DNA of 62,498 nucleotides. Origin: a virus. Lineage: Duplodnaviria > Caudoviricetes. Positions 9,884 through 19,116 of this stretch are shown here, piece by piece. The position numbers and the translations under genes are program-made. Location: the IMG/VR virus record IMGVR_UViG_3300037840_000097, positions 1 through 62,498 of that record; one strand, written 5' to 3'. Positions within the stretch are counted from its first letter, which is position 1; every line of letters starts with the position of its first letter. The notes below the pieces were generated by a model. It searched no databases, was not told the origin of the DNA, and saw only the letters and a list, made by a program, of their open reading frames with translations.

Positions 9884-10135
9884 CTAGGCAACAGCTTGGA
9901 GAGGCACGCCTGCCTCTCGTAACAAGTTGGCCTCTATCAATGTATCAACGATATAACCACGCGCAAGTCTAGTATAAGACCCATTAGTAGTTACAGCACT
10001 GTCTTCCAACACCACCCACTGTTTAGGTTTCTTGATGTTCCTAGGCGGGGGAATGACCACAGGGAACAAGCGTTGAGCATGCTGAGCATGAATAGCATTG
10101 AGATGAATCCGTCGAGCTGTTTCTTTGCTAATCAT
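9884..10135 (-). CDS. Hypothetical protein
   Basis: 83 aa, coupled to upstream ORF. Confidence 0.5.
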   Translation of the reverse strand: MISKETARRIHLNAIHAQHAQRLFPVVIPPPRNIKKPKQWVVLEDSAVTTNGSYTRLARGYIVDTLIEANLLREAGVPLQAVA

Positions 10136-10710
10136 GATTCTATGTACCCCTGTGCAATCATATCATTCACAACTGTAGTCGGAAGAATGAGACGTTGTCC
10201 ACGATACATCGTGAACACTCCATTAGATCCAGCCCAAGTGAATGTTACTGCCGCCGTAGCTTCAGTATAATTTCCTTGAACTGTAGTAGCCTCAACTATC
10301 TTAGGAATGTACAAGGTGGAACCTGTTTGTACTCTAACCTTCAACATAACGTTGTTCGGATTTTGTGAGCCTTGAAGGACAAGATGAACACTAGCAGAGG
10401 TTACAGTGCAAGCAGAAAAATATGTGTCCCAAGGATGGGTAGGAGTTGAAATAGCAGAAGCAATTGCTGTTTGGAGTAACGTTGCAATCGCTGCTGGGGT
10501 TAAAGTGCTGCCAGCATTTATTACAATAGAAGTGAGTGGTTGAGTCCCTACAACTGAGTCATACAATTCCACAGTAACTGGTTCACCAGGAGTAGGAATT
10601 CCACTTACGTCTATGTAATAAGTAGCTGTACCAGTCAGCTCAGCTGGCTGATTAGTTAAAAATTCTGTTTTTGTAGGAGATCCTGGTACCATTACTCTTG
10701 AACTACCCAT
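10132..10710 (-). CDS. Putative capsid-associated / decoration protein
   Basis: 192 aa, Thr-rich, directly after the capsid gene. Confidence 0.5.
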   Translation of the reverse strand: MGSSRVMVPGSPTKTEFLTNQPAELTGTATYYIDVSGIPTPGEPVTVELYDSVVGTQPLTSIVINAGSTLTPAAIATLLQTAIASAISTPTHPWDTYFSACTVTSASVHLVLQGSQNPNNVMLKVRVQTGSTLYIPKIVEATTVQGNYTEATAAVTFTWAGSNGVFTMYRGQRLILPTTVVNDMIAQGYIES

Positions 10711-10726
10711 ATTTCACTTCCTAGAA

Positions 10727-10760
10727 GGAAGAGGCGAGCTATTACCCTCGCCTCTTCTCC
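10727..10760 (-). terminator. Hairpin terminator after major capsid gene
   Basis: GAAGAGGCGAG / CTCGCCTCTTC inverted repeat right after the stop; weak U tract. Confidence 0.65.
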
Positions 10761-12218
10761 TTAGTAGGACGAAGCGATCTCGATGATAGCTGCGCGTTTG
10801 TAACGTGCTGCCGTAGCAGACGGGAGAACGGCAGGAGTAATCGTAGCATCAGTAGGAACCGTGAACCCACCAATGTAGAACCAGCCCTGTGACATGATCT
10901 GACCCATACGATCGATCGGGAGACGATGCACCATTGCAATGTCTTCGATCATACGAATGTCAGAAATACCTCTGCCTGTCAACTCACCGGCCACGGTAGC
11001 CGTTGCCGCAAATGGACCTTCTTGCACAAAACGCTCTGCGCAGATAACAGCACGCCGAGCTACAAGAGCTTTACCAGCATTATTTGTAAAATTGAACACC
11101 GGCAAATTAGTGGTAGGAACAAAGGTCAATCCAAAGTTCTTAGCCACTCGCGCATTCTTGAACGAGCTCGACTGTTCATCGCCCTGCGTCAAGATTTGAA
11201 ACGCTGGGTCACTGAAAAGTTGAGCTTCAAGAATCGGATCGATGTAGCAGGGATACGTTCCATCAGGTAGAGGAGATTTTACGTTATTCAAACGAAAGCC
11301 AGCCACAGCGTTGATGAAGATTTGAATGGTAGTCGTACTAGCTGCCGAGAGTTCCACACGCGAACGTGCAGTACCTGGACGGTAGTATGCCGGAGCATCC
11401 AACGAAACCAGAATGTCATTCTGAGCTGCTGTGATAGCTGTTCCTGACACGGTAATAACACCAGACCGGCCTACTGCTCCCGTACCAGTCAACGCTGGGG
11501 TGAGCATACTAGAAATATTGGTACCATCAAAAGTTACACCAATGACACTGAGAGCAGTCACTACTCCAGTGGAAGCATTGATATAATTAATCGCAAGAGG
11601 ATTGGAGGGTGACACCGTGTTAGGCAGTCCGTACGGGAACGTATTACCCGAAATCGTAACCATTGAAAAAGCAGTATCGAAGCCATACACATTATCCAAG
11701 TGAATAAGTGTATTACCACCCGACGTGGTGGAAGCTGCCAATGCGAAAGTGCGCCCACCCTCGTATGCGCGAAGCGCAACACCAATGCACTTCAAGTCAA
11801 GGGAGAGAGCGGCTTGCTCACCGAGATTGATGATATTCTGCTTGAAACCATCTGCAATTAGCTCTTTCTCTTGGTAGAGATTAAGATCAAGAGCATATGG
11901 AACCATACCGATGATCAGTTTATACTGTTCAATCGGGTAGGTGGGATTTGCAGAACCAACACCACCAACACCAGTTAGACCGTTGTCAATATTGACGTTG
12001 AGAGTGGGGTCAGCATCATCAACCACAGGAACCAGGCGACCAGCCCGGCTGTAAATGGTTGTTTCACCAGAGCGAATAGGTTGGGGCTTGCGGTAGGCTG
12101 CACGCCGAACTACGCAGAGAGCCTCCAATTGATCTTGAAACGCGCGATCCAGCATGTTCTGCTGGAAAGCGGGTTGCAGTATGAGAGGAAAATTCTCATA
12201 GCCTGCGCCGGTCAGCAT
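10761..12218 (-). CDS. Major capsid protein (HK97 fold)
   Basis: 485 aa after scaffold; GETTIY.R.G, LGEQAALSLD, R.PIDRMGQ..SQGW; large Thr/Gly-rich insertion. Confidence 0.9.
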   Translation of the reverse strand: MLTGAGYENFPLILQPAFQQNMLDRAFQDQLEALCVVRRAAYRKPQPIRSGETTIYSRAGRLVPVVDDADPTLNVNIDNGLTGVGGVGSANPTYPIEQYKLIIGMVPYALDLNLYQEKELIADGFKQNIINLGEQAALSLDLKCIGVALRAYEGGRTFALAASTTSGGNTLIHLDNVYGFDTAFSMVTISGNTFPYGLPNTVSPSNPLAINYINASTGVVTALSVIGVTFDGTNISSMLTPALTGTGAVGRSGVITVSGTAITAAQNDILVSLDAPAYYRPGTARSRVELSAASTTTIQIFINAVAGFRLNNVKSPLPDGTYPCYIDPILEAQLFSDPAFQILTQGDEQSSSFKNARVAKNFGLTFVPTTNLPVFNFTNNAGKALVARRAVICAERFVQEGPFAATATVAGELTGRGISDIRMIEDIAMVHRLPIDRMGQIMSQGWFYIGGFTVPTDATITPAVLPSATAARYKRAAIIEIASSY

Positions 12219-12254
12219 AAAGCTATTACTCCAAAATGATAAGTTCGGAGATTC

Positions 12255-12323
12255 AGCTTCAACGGCTTAACCGTGGTATCAGCTCTTACTACACTCAACG
12301 GCTTAACCGTAGTATTGTATAGT
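12255..12323 (-). promoter_or_regulatory. Two tandem hairpins in capsid gene leader
   Basis: Exact repeat TCAACGGCTTAACCGT at 12259-12274 and 12295-12310, each enclosed by a different outer stem. Confidence 0.7.
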
Positions 12324-12401
12324 GTATGCAGTGCCCCGTTCACTGCTCCGCATATTCGCGGGGGTATGTGTTAACCTTCGTTATGGGATCTTGGTTCCCT
12401 C

Positions 12402-12563
12402 TTACCCAGGCCACCCTAATACTTTATATCCTAAGATGACCAAATCAATCACGACAAGTAACCACTGTGCTGGTCCAATCCATGGATGCGATGCTGACCA
12501 CCACGATGAACCAATTGCACCTAGTCCAAGTAGAATAGTGCAAATCCAAAACAGTAAAACCAT
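12402..12563 (-). CDS. Small membrane protein (53 aa, two hydrophobic segments)
   Basis: MVLLFWICTILLGLGAIGSSWWSASHPWIGPAQWLLVVIDLVILGYKVLGWPG; ATG directly after scaffold stop. Confidence 0.65.
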   Translation of the reverse strand: MVLLFWICTILLGLGAIGSSWWSASHPWIGPAQWLLVVIDLVILGYKVLGWPG

Positions 12564-12564
12564 A

Positions 12565-13248
12565 TTAACCTGTCTTTCCTAAACCATCCCAAGCACTTTT
12601 AAATTGCGGATCAGCCACCGCAGTGCGATCACGCATATCTACTTTAGCTCCACCTGCCCCAGCACGTGCAGGAGCAGCCCCACCAAGACGACCATCACCT
12701 GCGCCTGGTTTTGCAAGGGTCGTTGTCGATTCGCCTTTAAGGAAAGGCATTTCCGCAATCAAAGCTTCAATTGCTTCCTTAACCCCTGTCACATTACCAT
12801 CTTCAGCAATTGCAAACTTAGATGAATCAACTAGAGCATCCAACTTAGCAATAGCCTCATCACGTAATCCAGCAGTTTTAGCTTGACTAATGACCTCAGC
12901 AGCAATAGTCTTCTTTTGTTGCTCCTTTACCATGTTTTCGTTCTTAGCTTTTTCCTTAGCTAATTCACGCTGCGTCTCTTCATGAAGCTTCTTAAAATTG
13001 CCCTGCTCAGCAAGTGCGTCTGCTTCAAGTTTCTTGCGGGCAGTTTCAATTTCATCAAGTTTGGCTTGAGCTTCTTTGGCCCTCTGTACCGTCGCAGCAT
13101 TTTCACTGCGCAACCGATCTACATATGCCTGATCATACACTTTTGGTGTACCAGCTCCACCTTCGCCACCACCAGCGCCCCCGGCACCGGCACCGGCTCC
13201 CGCTCCACCCTCTCCTTCAATACTTGGATACCGATTCTTAATTAACAT
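12565..13248 (-). CDS. Capsid scaffolding protein
   Basis: Gly/Ala N-tail, YVDRLRSENA, coiled coil, GVKEAIEAL...PFL; before capsid gene. Confidence 0.85.
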   Translation of the reverse strand: MLIKNRYPSIEGEGGAGAGAGAGGAGGGEGGAGTPKVYDQAYVDRLRSENAATVQRAKEAQAKLDEIETARKKLEADALAEQGNFKKLHEETQRELAKEKAKNENMVKEQQKKTIAAEVISQAKTAGLRDEAIAKLDALVDSSKFAIAEDGNVTGVKEAIEALIAEMPFLKGESTTTLAKPGAGDGRLGGAAPARAGAGGAKVDMRDRTAVADPQFKSAWDGLGKTG

Positions 13249-13311
13249 GTGCTTCTCCCTCTAAGATATGCTAAGCAGTTCGGTGAAGATACGTATATTC
13301 CTGTTGAACAC

Positions 13312-13353
13312 AAATAAAGAAAGCCAGGCACCAAGGAATGCCTGACTTCTTTA
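13312..13353 (-). terminator. Intrinsic terminator
   Basis: Minus strand AGTCAGGCA-loop-TGCCTGGCT followed by TTCTTTATTT. Confidence 0.7.
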
Positions 13354-13373
13354 CCTATGTCTCGCTCGTCGCT

Positions 13374-13661
13374 CTACTTCCCTTGGCTAATCCTTGTCAG
13401 AGCACCTTCCAAAGTTTCCATAAGTGCTTCTTCATCAGCTTGAAGAGTAGCTTCGAGATGAGGTTCTGCTGCGATGAGTTGTGATTTAATAGAACCCTCA
13501 ACTAATCCAGCAATACCTCCACCAGTCATTGAGGAGTTAATCAAATTAACTAACCCCTGAACAACTTCAGGATTAACCTTAGCTTCTGCTGAAGTAATCC
13601 ATGTCTTCTCGTAGTCGAGCAACTCAACTCCGAGACCAGCCAAAGTCTCTACGAGAGTCAT
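13374..13661 (-). CDS. Hypothetical amphipathic protein
   Basis: 95 aa, TAATG coupling. Confidence 0.6.
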   Translation of the reverse strand: MTLVETLAGLGVELLDYEKTWITSAEAKVNPEVVQGLVNLINSSMTGGGIAGLVEGSIKSQLIAAEPHLEATLQADEEALMETLEGALTRISQGK

Positions 13662-13879
13662 TAGCCAGCAGGTGCGGGAGCAGGAGCGGCTGCAACTGGA
13701 GGTACAACTGGTTTAATAGTGAGATCCAAAAGGTACTTTTTACCCTGAAAGCTGATCGGAACATCCGGAGAAGTCACCGGAGTACCTGCTGCAAGTTCCT
13801 GCTCATCAGCAATGAGTTGTGCTCCAATTTCTTCAGCAATCATAAGTTCCTGGAAAAAGGTTGCGAGGCTAAATGCCAT
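13661..13879 (-). CDS. Hypothetical protein with Pro/Ala tail
   Basis: 72 aa ORF in operon orientation. Confidence 0.55.
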   Translation of the reverse strand: MAFSLATFFQELMIAEEIGAQLIADEQELAAGTPVTSPDVPISFQGKKYLLDLTIKPVVPPVAAAPAPAPAG

Positions 13880-13908
13880 AGGATTTCTCTTTTCTTAAAA
13901 ATAGGTAG

Positions 13909-14250
13909 CTACGTGAGGTTTTTAGTTGTTGGAATGACAGGAACTCCCTGTTGAGTTTCTAAACCAGTGTAAGTAGGAGCAGGTGCAGGAATATCAGAGG
14001 GAGGCTTTACCGTCTTCATCTCTACTACAGAACCAGTATTTCGATCAAAAACCTGAACAGTATTAGTAGCTGTAGGAGTAGATTTAAGGCGCACTAGTAG
14101 GCCAGAAATACCAATTAAGATAGCTGAAATGTTAAGAATCTGTACCGTGTACTTTGGAGCAAAAGAACTAATAGCCACTGCAGTAGCTGCCAATCCTCCC
14201 CCAGAAATATAGGCTAATCCAGCATATAAATCCACACTAGGTAATTTCAT
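13909..14250 (-). CDS. Two-TM membrane protein (holin-like topology)
   Basis: Two N-terminal hydrophobic helices; coupled to portal stop. Confidence 0.5.
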   Translation of the reverse strand: MKLPSVDLYAGLAYISGGGLAATAVAISSFAPKYTVQILNISAILIGISGLLVRLKSTPTATNTVQVFDRNTGSVVEMKTVKPPSDIPAPAPTYTGLETQQGVPVIPTTKNLT

Positions 14251-15890
14251 TAGCTAGCTCCTCCTGGTGCAGCGGGCTTCGGTAGTAATACTTGCATTTG
14301 TTCCTTACGATATTTTTCAAACTCAGCCTCAGCCATATCAGCAGCCTGAACTGGATCAGGAATACCCATAGCTGCAGCAAATGCCTCAAAAATCATACGC
14401 ATAGGCATCATTTGCTTGCCTTCACGTGCAGTTCCGCCTGCTGCAGTTAATAGGGCTTGAGCAGTTTGGTTAAAATCAGCACCGAGAGGACGCCACCATA
14501 CAGGCCACACGAGTTTGAGAGGATACTCTTCCTCAGGTACATCTTCAGGAGCAAGAAGCCAAAGCTTTACTATACCTTTCTTCACTCCACGAATAAGCAA
14601 GAGAATGAGTGGCACCATCATACCATCACCATAGTCAGTATGCATACGCCCAACAAGCATAACCAAAGCCTGGTAGAGTAGTTCCAAGGCTCTACCCGAT
14701 TGTGCGCCTCCTGCATGCTCCTGGTCACTCTTCATAGCTGACACTACTTCAAGGGAATACTCACGAAGCATCTTCACCCATTCACGAGCACTAGACAATC
14801 CTTGACCAGTGATTTCTAGAAGCTTGGCATCGCCCCCCGGAGGAACATCTAACGTACGTGCGGGGGTACGTACCCCTCCAGAAGCACCGGGTTCATCTCC
14901 TTTGTATAGGCCTCCCGGTATCCGAGTATCCAAGTCTCCCTGTTTAACTGCTGTGATGGGATCCATGGTGTATTTATAACCACGTCCCACTTGGGACATG
15001 ATGTAATCAATTTCTATACCATTATCGATGAGATCGGAATAAGTACTCGGACCATCTACTTCTTCACGTTCATGAAGATTACGCCCCCAGAGAGCAGGTA
15101 CTTCACCCCAGGTGTGGGGATAGGTGCGCGCTGCATCTGGAACCCATTCATAGACTTTACCAGGCTCCCCATCCTTTGGCTTACCTAAGCGTTCAATCTC
15201 GCTTCGCTTGAGTGGGACCATCCGCTGCTCTTTTTGTTTGTCTAATTGGATATTCATCCAGTATTCAGCGGTTGGTTCTATCCATTGAGTAGGATCCTGT
15301 CCAAGTTCCGCTGGATTATATCCATGTTTGATTAGTTCACTGTATGTAGTCTTGTATATTTCTTCAAGTAAGATAAGTTCATTCGGATCGTTCTCACTGA
15401 ACGTGGGAGTAAGGAACTGACCACTGACTACGCGAATCCAAGGCTTACCCTTGTCTGTAATCTTTATGATTGCACAAACCGATCCAGATGAGCCCTTCTG
15501 GATACATTCAAACATCACCGCATCCATCGACGTCACATGACGAATGAACTCTATGATCTGTGCAAGCTTCTTAGCCTTCGGGTCAGATTTTACCGCATCA
15601 GGATCGAATGGATTATATATACGTACGTACGGAGCATGCCCCTCACCAAATGTGAGAGTAGCAGTCTCGTCAACCACAATTTTGGCTAGAGCATACTTAA
15701 CGGAGGGACGACGTTGAACCATCTCAACGTATTCTTCTTGTCCATCGAACTCAGTAGTGAATGGGTATGGAAGGAGATCATAGATTGACCCATCCCGCAC
15801 ACGATCCAATGCAGCAAGGTACTTCACACGCTCCGGTGTGGTCTTAGGCCAGGTTGAGTTCCACATTGCTAGGAGCTCGCGAAAAGCCAT
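14250..15890 (-). CDS. Portal protein
   Basis: 546 aa after terL; AQSGRALELLYQAL, DGPSTY, SPP1-like layout. Confidence 0.9.
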   Translation of the reverse strand: MAFRELLAMWNSTWPKTTPERVKYLAALDRVRDGSIYDLLPYPFTTEFDGQEEYVEMVQRRPSVKYALAKIVVDETATLTFGEGHAPYVRIYNPFDPDAVKSDPKAKKLAQIIEFIRHVTSMDAVMFECIQKGSSGSVCAIIKITDKGKPWIRVVSGQFLTPTFSENDPNELILLEEIYKTTYSELIKHGYNPAELGQDPTQWIEPTAEYWMNIQLDKQKEQRMVPLKRSEIERLGKPKDGEPGKVYEWVPDAARTYPHTWGEVPALWGRNLHEREEVDGPSTYSDLIDNGIEIDYIMSQVGRGYKYTMDPITAVKQGDLDTRIPGGLYKGDEPGASGGVRTPARTLDVPPGGDAKLLEITGQGLSSAREWVKMLREYSLEVVSAMKSDQEHAGGAQSGRALELLYQALVMLVGRMHTDYGDGMMVPLILLLIRGVKKGIVKLWLLAPEDVPEEEYPLKLVWPVWWRPLGADFNQTAQALLTAAGGTAREGKQMMPMRMIFEAFAAAMGIPDPVQAADMAEAEFEKYRKEQMQVLLPKPAAPGGAS

Positions 15891-15911
15891 GCTTAATCCC
15901 CTCTATTCATA

Positions 15912-17381
15912 TTATATCGTTCGCTCACTCCTATAAACTACCTGCTGTCCCTCATGACGTTGCCGTTCAATCCATATAGCATAACCTAAAGCATCAGATA
16001 AGTGAGTTAATGTAGGATTCTCCTTTTCAATCTCGTTCAATCCAGGTTTATATTTTACAGCCATGTAATCTTGAAGTAAGTATGGACACTTCTCAGTGTC
16101 GATAAACATACCCACTCCGTCAATACTATTGAACTGCAACTTCGTACTATTAATACGGTCCATAACAGACGGATTTTCCCGAGGCACCCGAAAGTCATAT
16201 GGTATTCCATAGTCCCGCAGCGTCTGCAAGATTATCGCCCAATTAGACCGAGCAGCCGATTGTGCCGATATGGTTTGCGACCGCGCCCCGCCGGAAGCGT
16301 CACCGTAAATAATTACCCCATGTTGCTTGGCTCGTTCACCCCAATGTCGAAGGAAATGCACCATGACGTCAGGAGTACCCGCATCAGGCAACCGTATCTC
16401 GTCCAACACATACATCATACGGAACTGATGCCCTGGTGTAGATAGCAAACGCTTGCGTTCCATACGAGCTAAAGGTTTGAATAATTCCGGTACATCATTC
16501 TCAACAAACTGGAATTTTTGCATGTGAAATTGAAAGATCACACTACACATATACCCAACGTTAAAGTCCAACGCCCATTCTATAGGAGCATTAGGGTCAT
16601 ACCTAAACGGTGGTAACGTTGAAGGGATTGCAACTTCTCGCTCGTACACTGAATGAATCTTGTGGTTAAACCCTTTATACACCGCACCAAGAGTAGCATT
16701 ACCCCACTGCCCTCCCAAGATAATTGGCCACATGTCTTCACTAAACGCCCGTTTAATGTTTATAATATACTTATCTTGATCTTTCATCAGGTAGTTATCA
16801 TACGTAGACATATGCCAGTACTTGCAAAAATTTTTACGAACTAACAGGTCATATAACCAGTGTGCTGTATCAGTAGGTGGGTTGGTAGTAAAGCGCAACT
16901 GCGCCTCAATAGGTATGCCCCTGTCCCTATATCTATTTCCTTCAGGAGACAGGCGAGAACGAGGAAGCAAATACTCCTTAAACGCAATTTCAGACGAAGG
17001 TCCCCAAGAGGAAACCTCGTCTGCCCAAATAGTGTCAGCTTCAAGAGCACGCCAACCAAGGTAATTCTCAGCTGATAATGGTTCAATTTTAGCTCCGTTC
17101 TTACGAAGCCTCAAGAACCCATCCGACTGGTTATAAGAAAATGGAACTTGCCGGTCATTGAGTACATCCATCAACGATCGGATAGTTCCACGCTTATACT
17201 GTGGTAAGTCTTTATTCGCAATGGCATGTGTCCCTTTCGGGTACATTTGCATACGATCGACAAACCACTTGGCAGCTATATTAGTCTTCCCTGCCCCGAA
17301 GCCTCCAATCAACCCAGCCATCTGTTCATGGTACGCCATGAACTCTGCCTGAGTTGGGAGTACCTCCTCACGAATTACCAC
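15912..17381 (-). CDS. terL: Terminase large subunit
   Basis: Walker A GGFGAGKT, Walker B IWADE, TTNP, nuclease LDFNV and HLSDALGY. Confidence 0.95.
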   Translation of the reverse strand: MVIREEVLPTQAEFMAYHEQMAGLIGGFGAGKTNIAAKWFVDRMQMYPKGTHAIANKDLPQYKRGTIRSLMDVLNDRQVPFSYNQSDGFLRLRKNGAKIEPLSAENYLGWRALEADTIWADEVSSWGPSSEIAFKEYLLPRSRLSPEGNRYRDRGIPIEAQLRFTTNPPTDTAHWLYDLLVRKNFCKYWHMSTYDNYLMKDQDKYIINIKRAFSEDMWPIILGGQWGNATLGAVYKGFNHKIHSVYEREVAIPSTLPPFRYDPNAPIEWALDFNVGYMCSVIFQFHMQKFQFVENDVPELFKPLARMERKRLLSTPGHQFRMMYVLDEIRLPDAGTPDVMVHFLRHWGERAKQHGVIIYGDASGGARSQTISAQSAARSNWAIILQTLRDYGIPYDFRVPRENPSVMDRINSTKLQFNSIDGVGMFIDTEKCPYLLQDYMAVKYKPGLNEIEKENPTLTHLSDALGYAIWIERQRHEGQQVVYRSERTI

Positions 17382-17659
17382 TAGTTCAGGAGTGGATCGT
17401 TGGGTACTTCAGCCTTCTCCACCTTCGTAAAGCTCTTTTTACGAGCCTTTGGAGACGTTCCAGACTCTCCGCTCGAAGTCTTTGGCTTCGATGACTTCTC
17501 AGTTCCTTTCTGACCTCCGGGATTTATTGCTTCGCGACGTGCTTGAAGCTCCCGATAGAACTCAGGACCATGCTTTTCCGCGCACTTTTTACCCCCTAAG
17601 CGGCCCATCTCCTCAAAGTACTCGCGAGTATACTCACGCGTTTCCTTCTGCTGACTCAA
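17381..17659 (-). CDS. KGG-motif (Con-10/GsiB-like) small basic protein
   Basis: REYFEEMGRLGGKK..EKHGPEFYREL; TTG start with GGAGAGG RBS. Confidence 0.6.
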   Translation of the reverse strand: MSQQKETREYTREYFEEMGRLGGKKCAEKHGPEFYRELQARREAINPGGQKGTEKSSKPKTSSGESGTSPKARKKSFTKVEKAEVPNDPLLN

Positions 17660-18134
17660 CTATTTCTTCCTCTCCTGTGCTACCATTACGTACAGTAGTG
17701 AAGTACTCAATAGTGGTTCCACTATCGGTGCTCTGAGGACGTGAAGGCTGACCAAGACGCAAGCCTCTACTGTCACGTGCAAGTCTCACTGCTCGATCCA
17801 AAGCTTCAACAGTCGTCCTAAATGCTTCAGCCTTGGCTCGGATGCCACTTAACTTAGATTTCTCTTCTGGCTTGGTTTCATGTAACTCTTTCGAGATTGA
17901 ACGGCCAAGCGCAACCAATTCATCAGCTGCAATGTCATGACCTTCGGTACCTAGTTTATTGGTAATTGTGTCAACAGACTTAACAATGAAGTCTTCGCGC
18001 AATTGACGCCAATTTTCAGAAGCCATACGCCGACCAAGTTCAAGGCGAGTGCAACCATGATTGCTGCACACTGTGAGTGTGTCATGGCCTTTTTCTACAA
18101 AGTCAGCTTTAGCTTCTGTCCAATTAACTACCAT
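17634..18134 (-). CDS. terS: Terminase small subunit
   Basis: N-terminal HTH-like W...K..F..G and ..E.W...R; helical; upstream of terL. Confidence 0.7.
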   Translation of the reverse strand: MVVNWTEAKADFVEKGHDTLTVCSNHGCTRLELGRRMASENWRQLREDFIVKSVDTITNKLGTEGHDIAADELVALGRSISKELHETKPEEKSKLSGIRAKAEAFRTTVEALDRAVRLARDSRGLRLGQPSRPQSTDSGTTIEYFTTVRNGSTGEEEIVESAEGNA

Positions 18135-18283
18135 ATCACCGTTAATTGTTCTGGGTGTATTTATGAGTCCCTTGTTTAGAGGTGTTCCTGGCTGTCTTAC
18201 TCATCTATAGTTTGCAAGACACTTCGCGTAAGTAGCCGCTTCGTCACTTGAGTTTCCCCTGATGGGTGAACCAGGATACAGTG

Positions 18284-18406
18284 CTACAGGTATTCTTCTG
18301 TGCAATCACATTCTGAGCAACCGCCTGTAGCATGATCGTCTATTTCATGCTGACAGCATTCCGCTTCCTCTTCTTCAATTTCATCGTCTTCTTGATCAAA
18401 AGCCAT
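18284..18406 (-). CDS. Small acidic Cys/His peptide (40 aa)
   Basis: MAFDQEDDEIEEEEAECCQHEIDDHATGGCSECDCTEEYL with GGAG RBS. Confidence 0.55.
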   Translation of the reverse strand: MAFDQEDDEIEEEEAECCQHEIDDHATGGCSECDCTEEYL

Positions 18407-18415
18407 TGTGTTCTC

Positions 18416-19116
18416 CTAATGCCCATTCGGGCAAGCATACTCAGTAATTGGTCTATAGTCACTTGACTTGAACACCGGCAAACACACTTCTCCACACTTC
18501 AAGCAGTGCCAGTGGTTCTCTGTATCGTCGCACGCATCACACTCAAACATCGATACCACAAATATGCTCCGGTCGCCCACACACGATACAGAAGTGATCA
18601 TCGTTATAAGGACCACATCCCTTTGCGTTGTGATCCTCATTAGCTGTAGTTGCTGCCTTCACCCCATCAGCAAACCCTTCCTGGTATTTGCCTGGTTGGA
18701 TTCTTCCTTCATTAAACCCTTCTTGAAAGGCCATAGCAACATGACGTGCAGATAACTGATAAAAATCATCAGCAAGCATCTTGGTCAAACGTGTTAGGTG
18801 TCCTTTCTTGCGGGTCTCATTCAAATAACCCTCAAACATCTTCACTCTCTTCTTCCGAAGGAACTATTTGCATCTTACGATACCGCTGCACCTGTTCCAT
18901 ACTGACAATACGATTCTGCAGAGACAAGCGAGCCTGGACTAGTAACGCTGAATCATTCAGCAGTGACTTATAGCACCGATGAAACACTTCACTCAGATCA
19001 TCTTCAGACTTACCCAAGTCTGTTAGGATATACACAAGCATTTCAGCTTCTGGTACTGACAAGCCATGTGTCTCTTTGCAATCAGCGCAAAATACGTGTA
19101 TCATGCTTCGTCCCAA
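18416..19116 (-). other. Three small coupled hypothetical ORFs, Cys-rich
   Basis: 18416-18546, 18543-18845 and 18832-19104 overlap at stop/start junctions; CxxC pairs. Confidence 0.55.

Noticed and set aside
12259-12310. Mini CRISPR array
   Set aside because: Only two 16-bp copies with a 20-nt gap whose sequence forms the outer stems; no cas genes.
2355-17352. Numerous + strand ORFs antisense to structural genes (e.g. 5510-5965, 10926-11270)
   Set aside because: Shadow frames of well-supported minus-strand genes, with no motifs or RBS.
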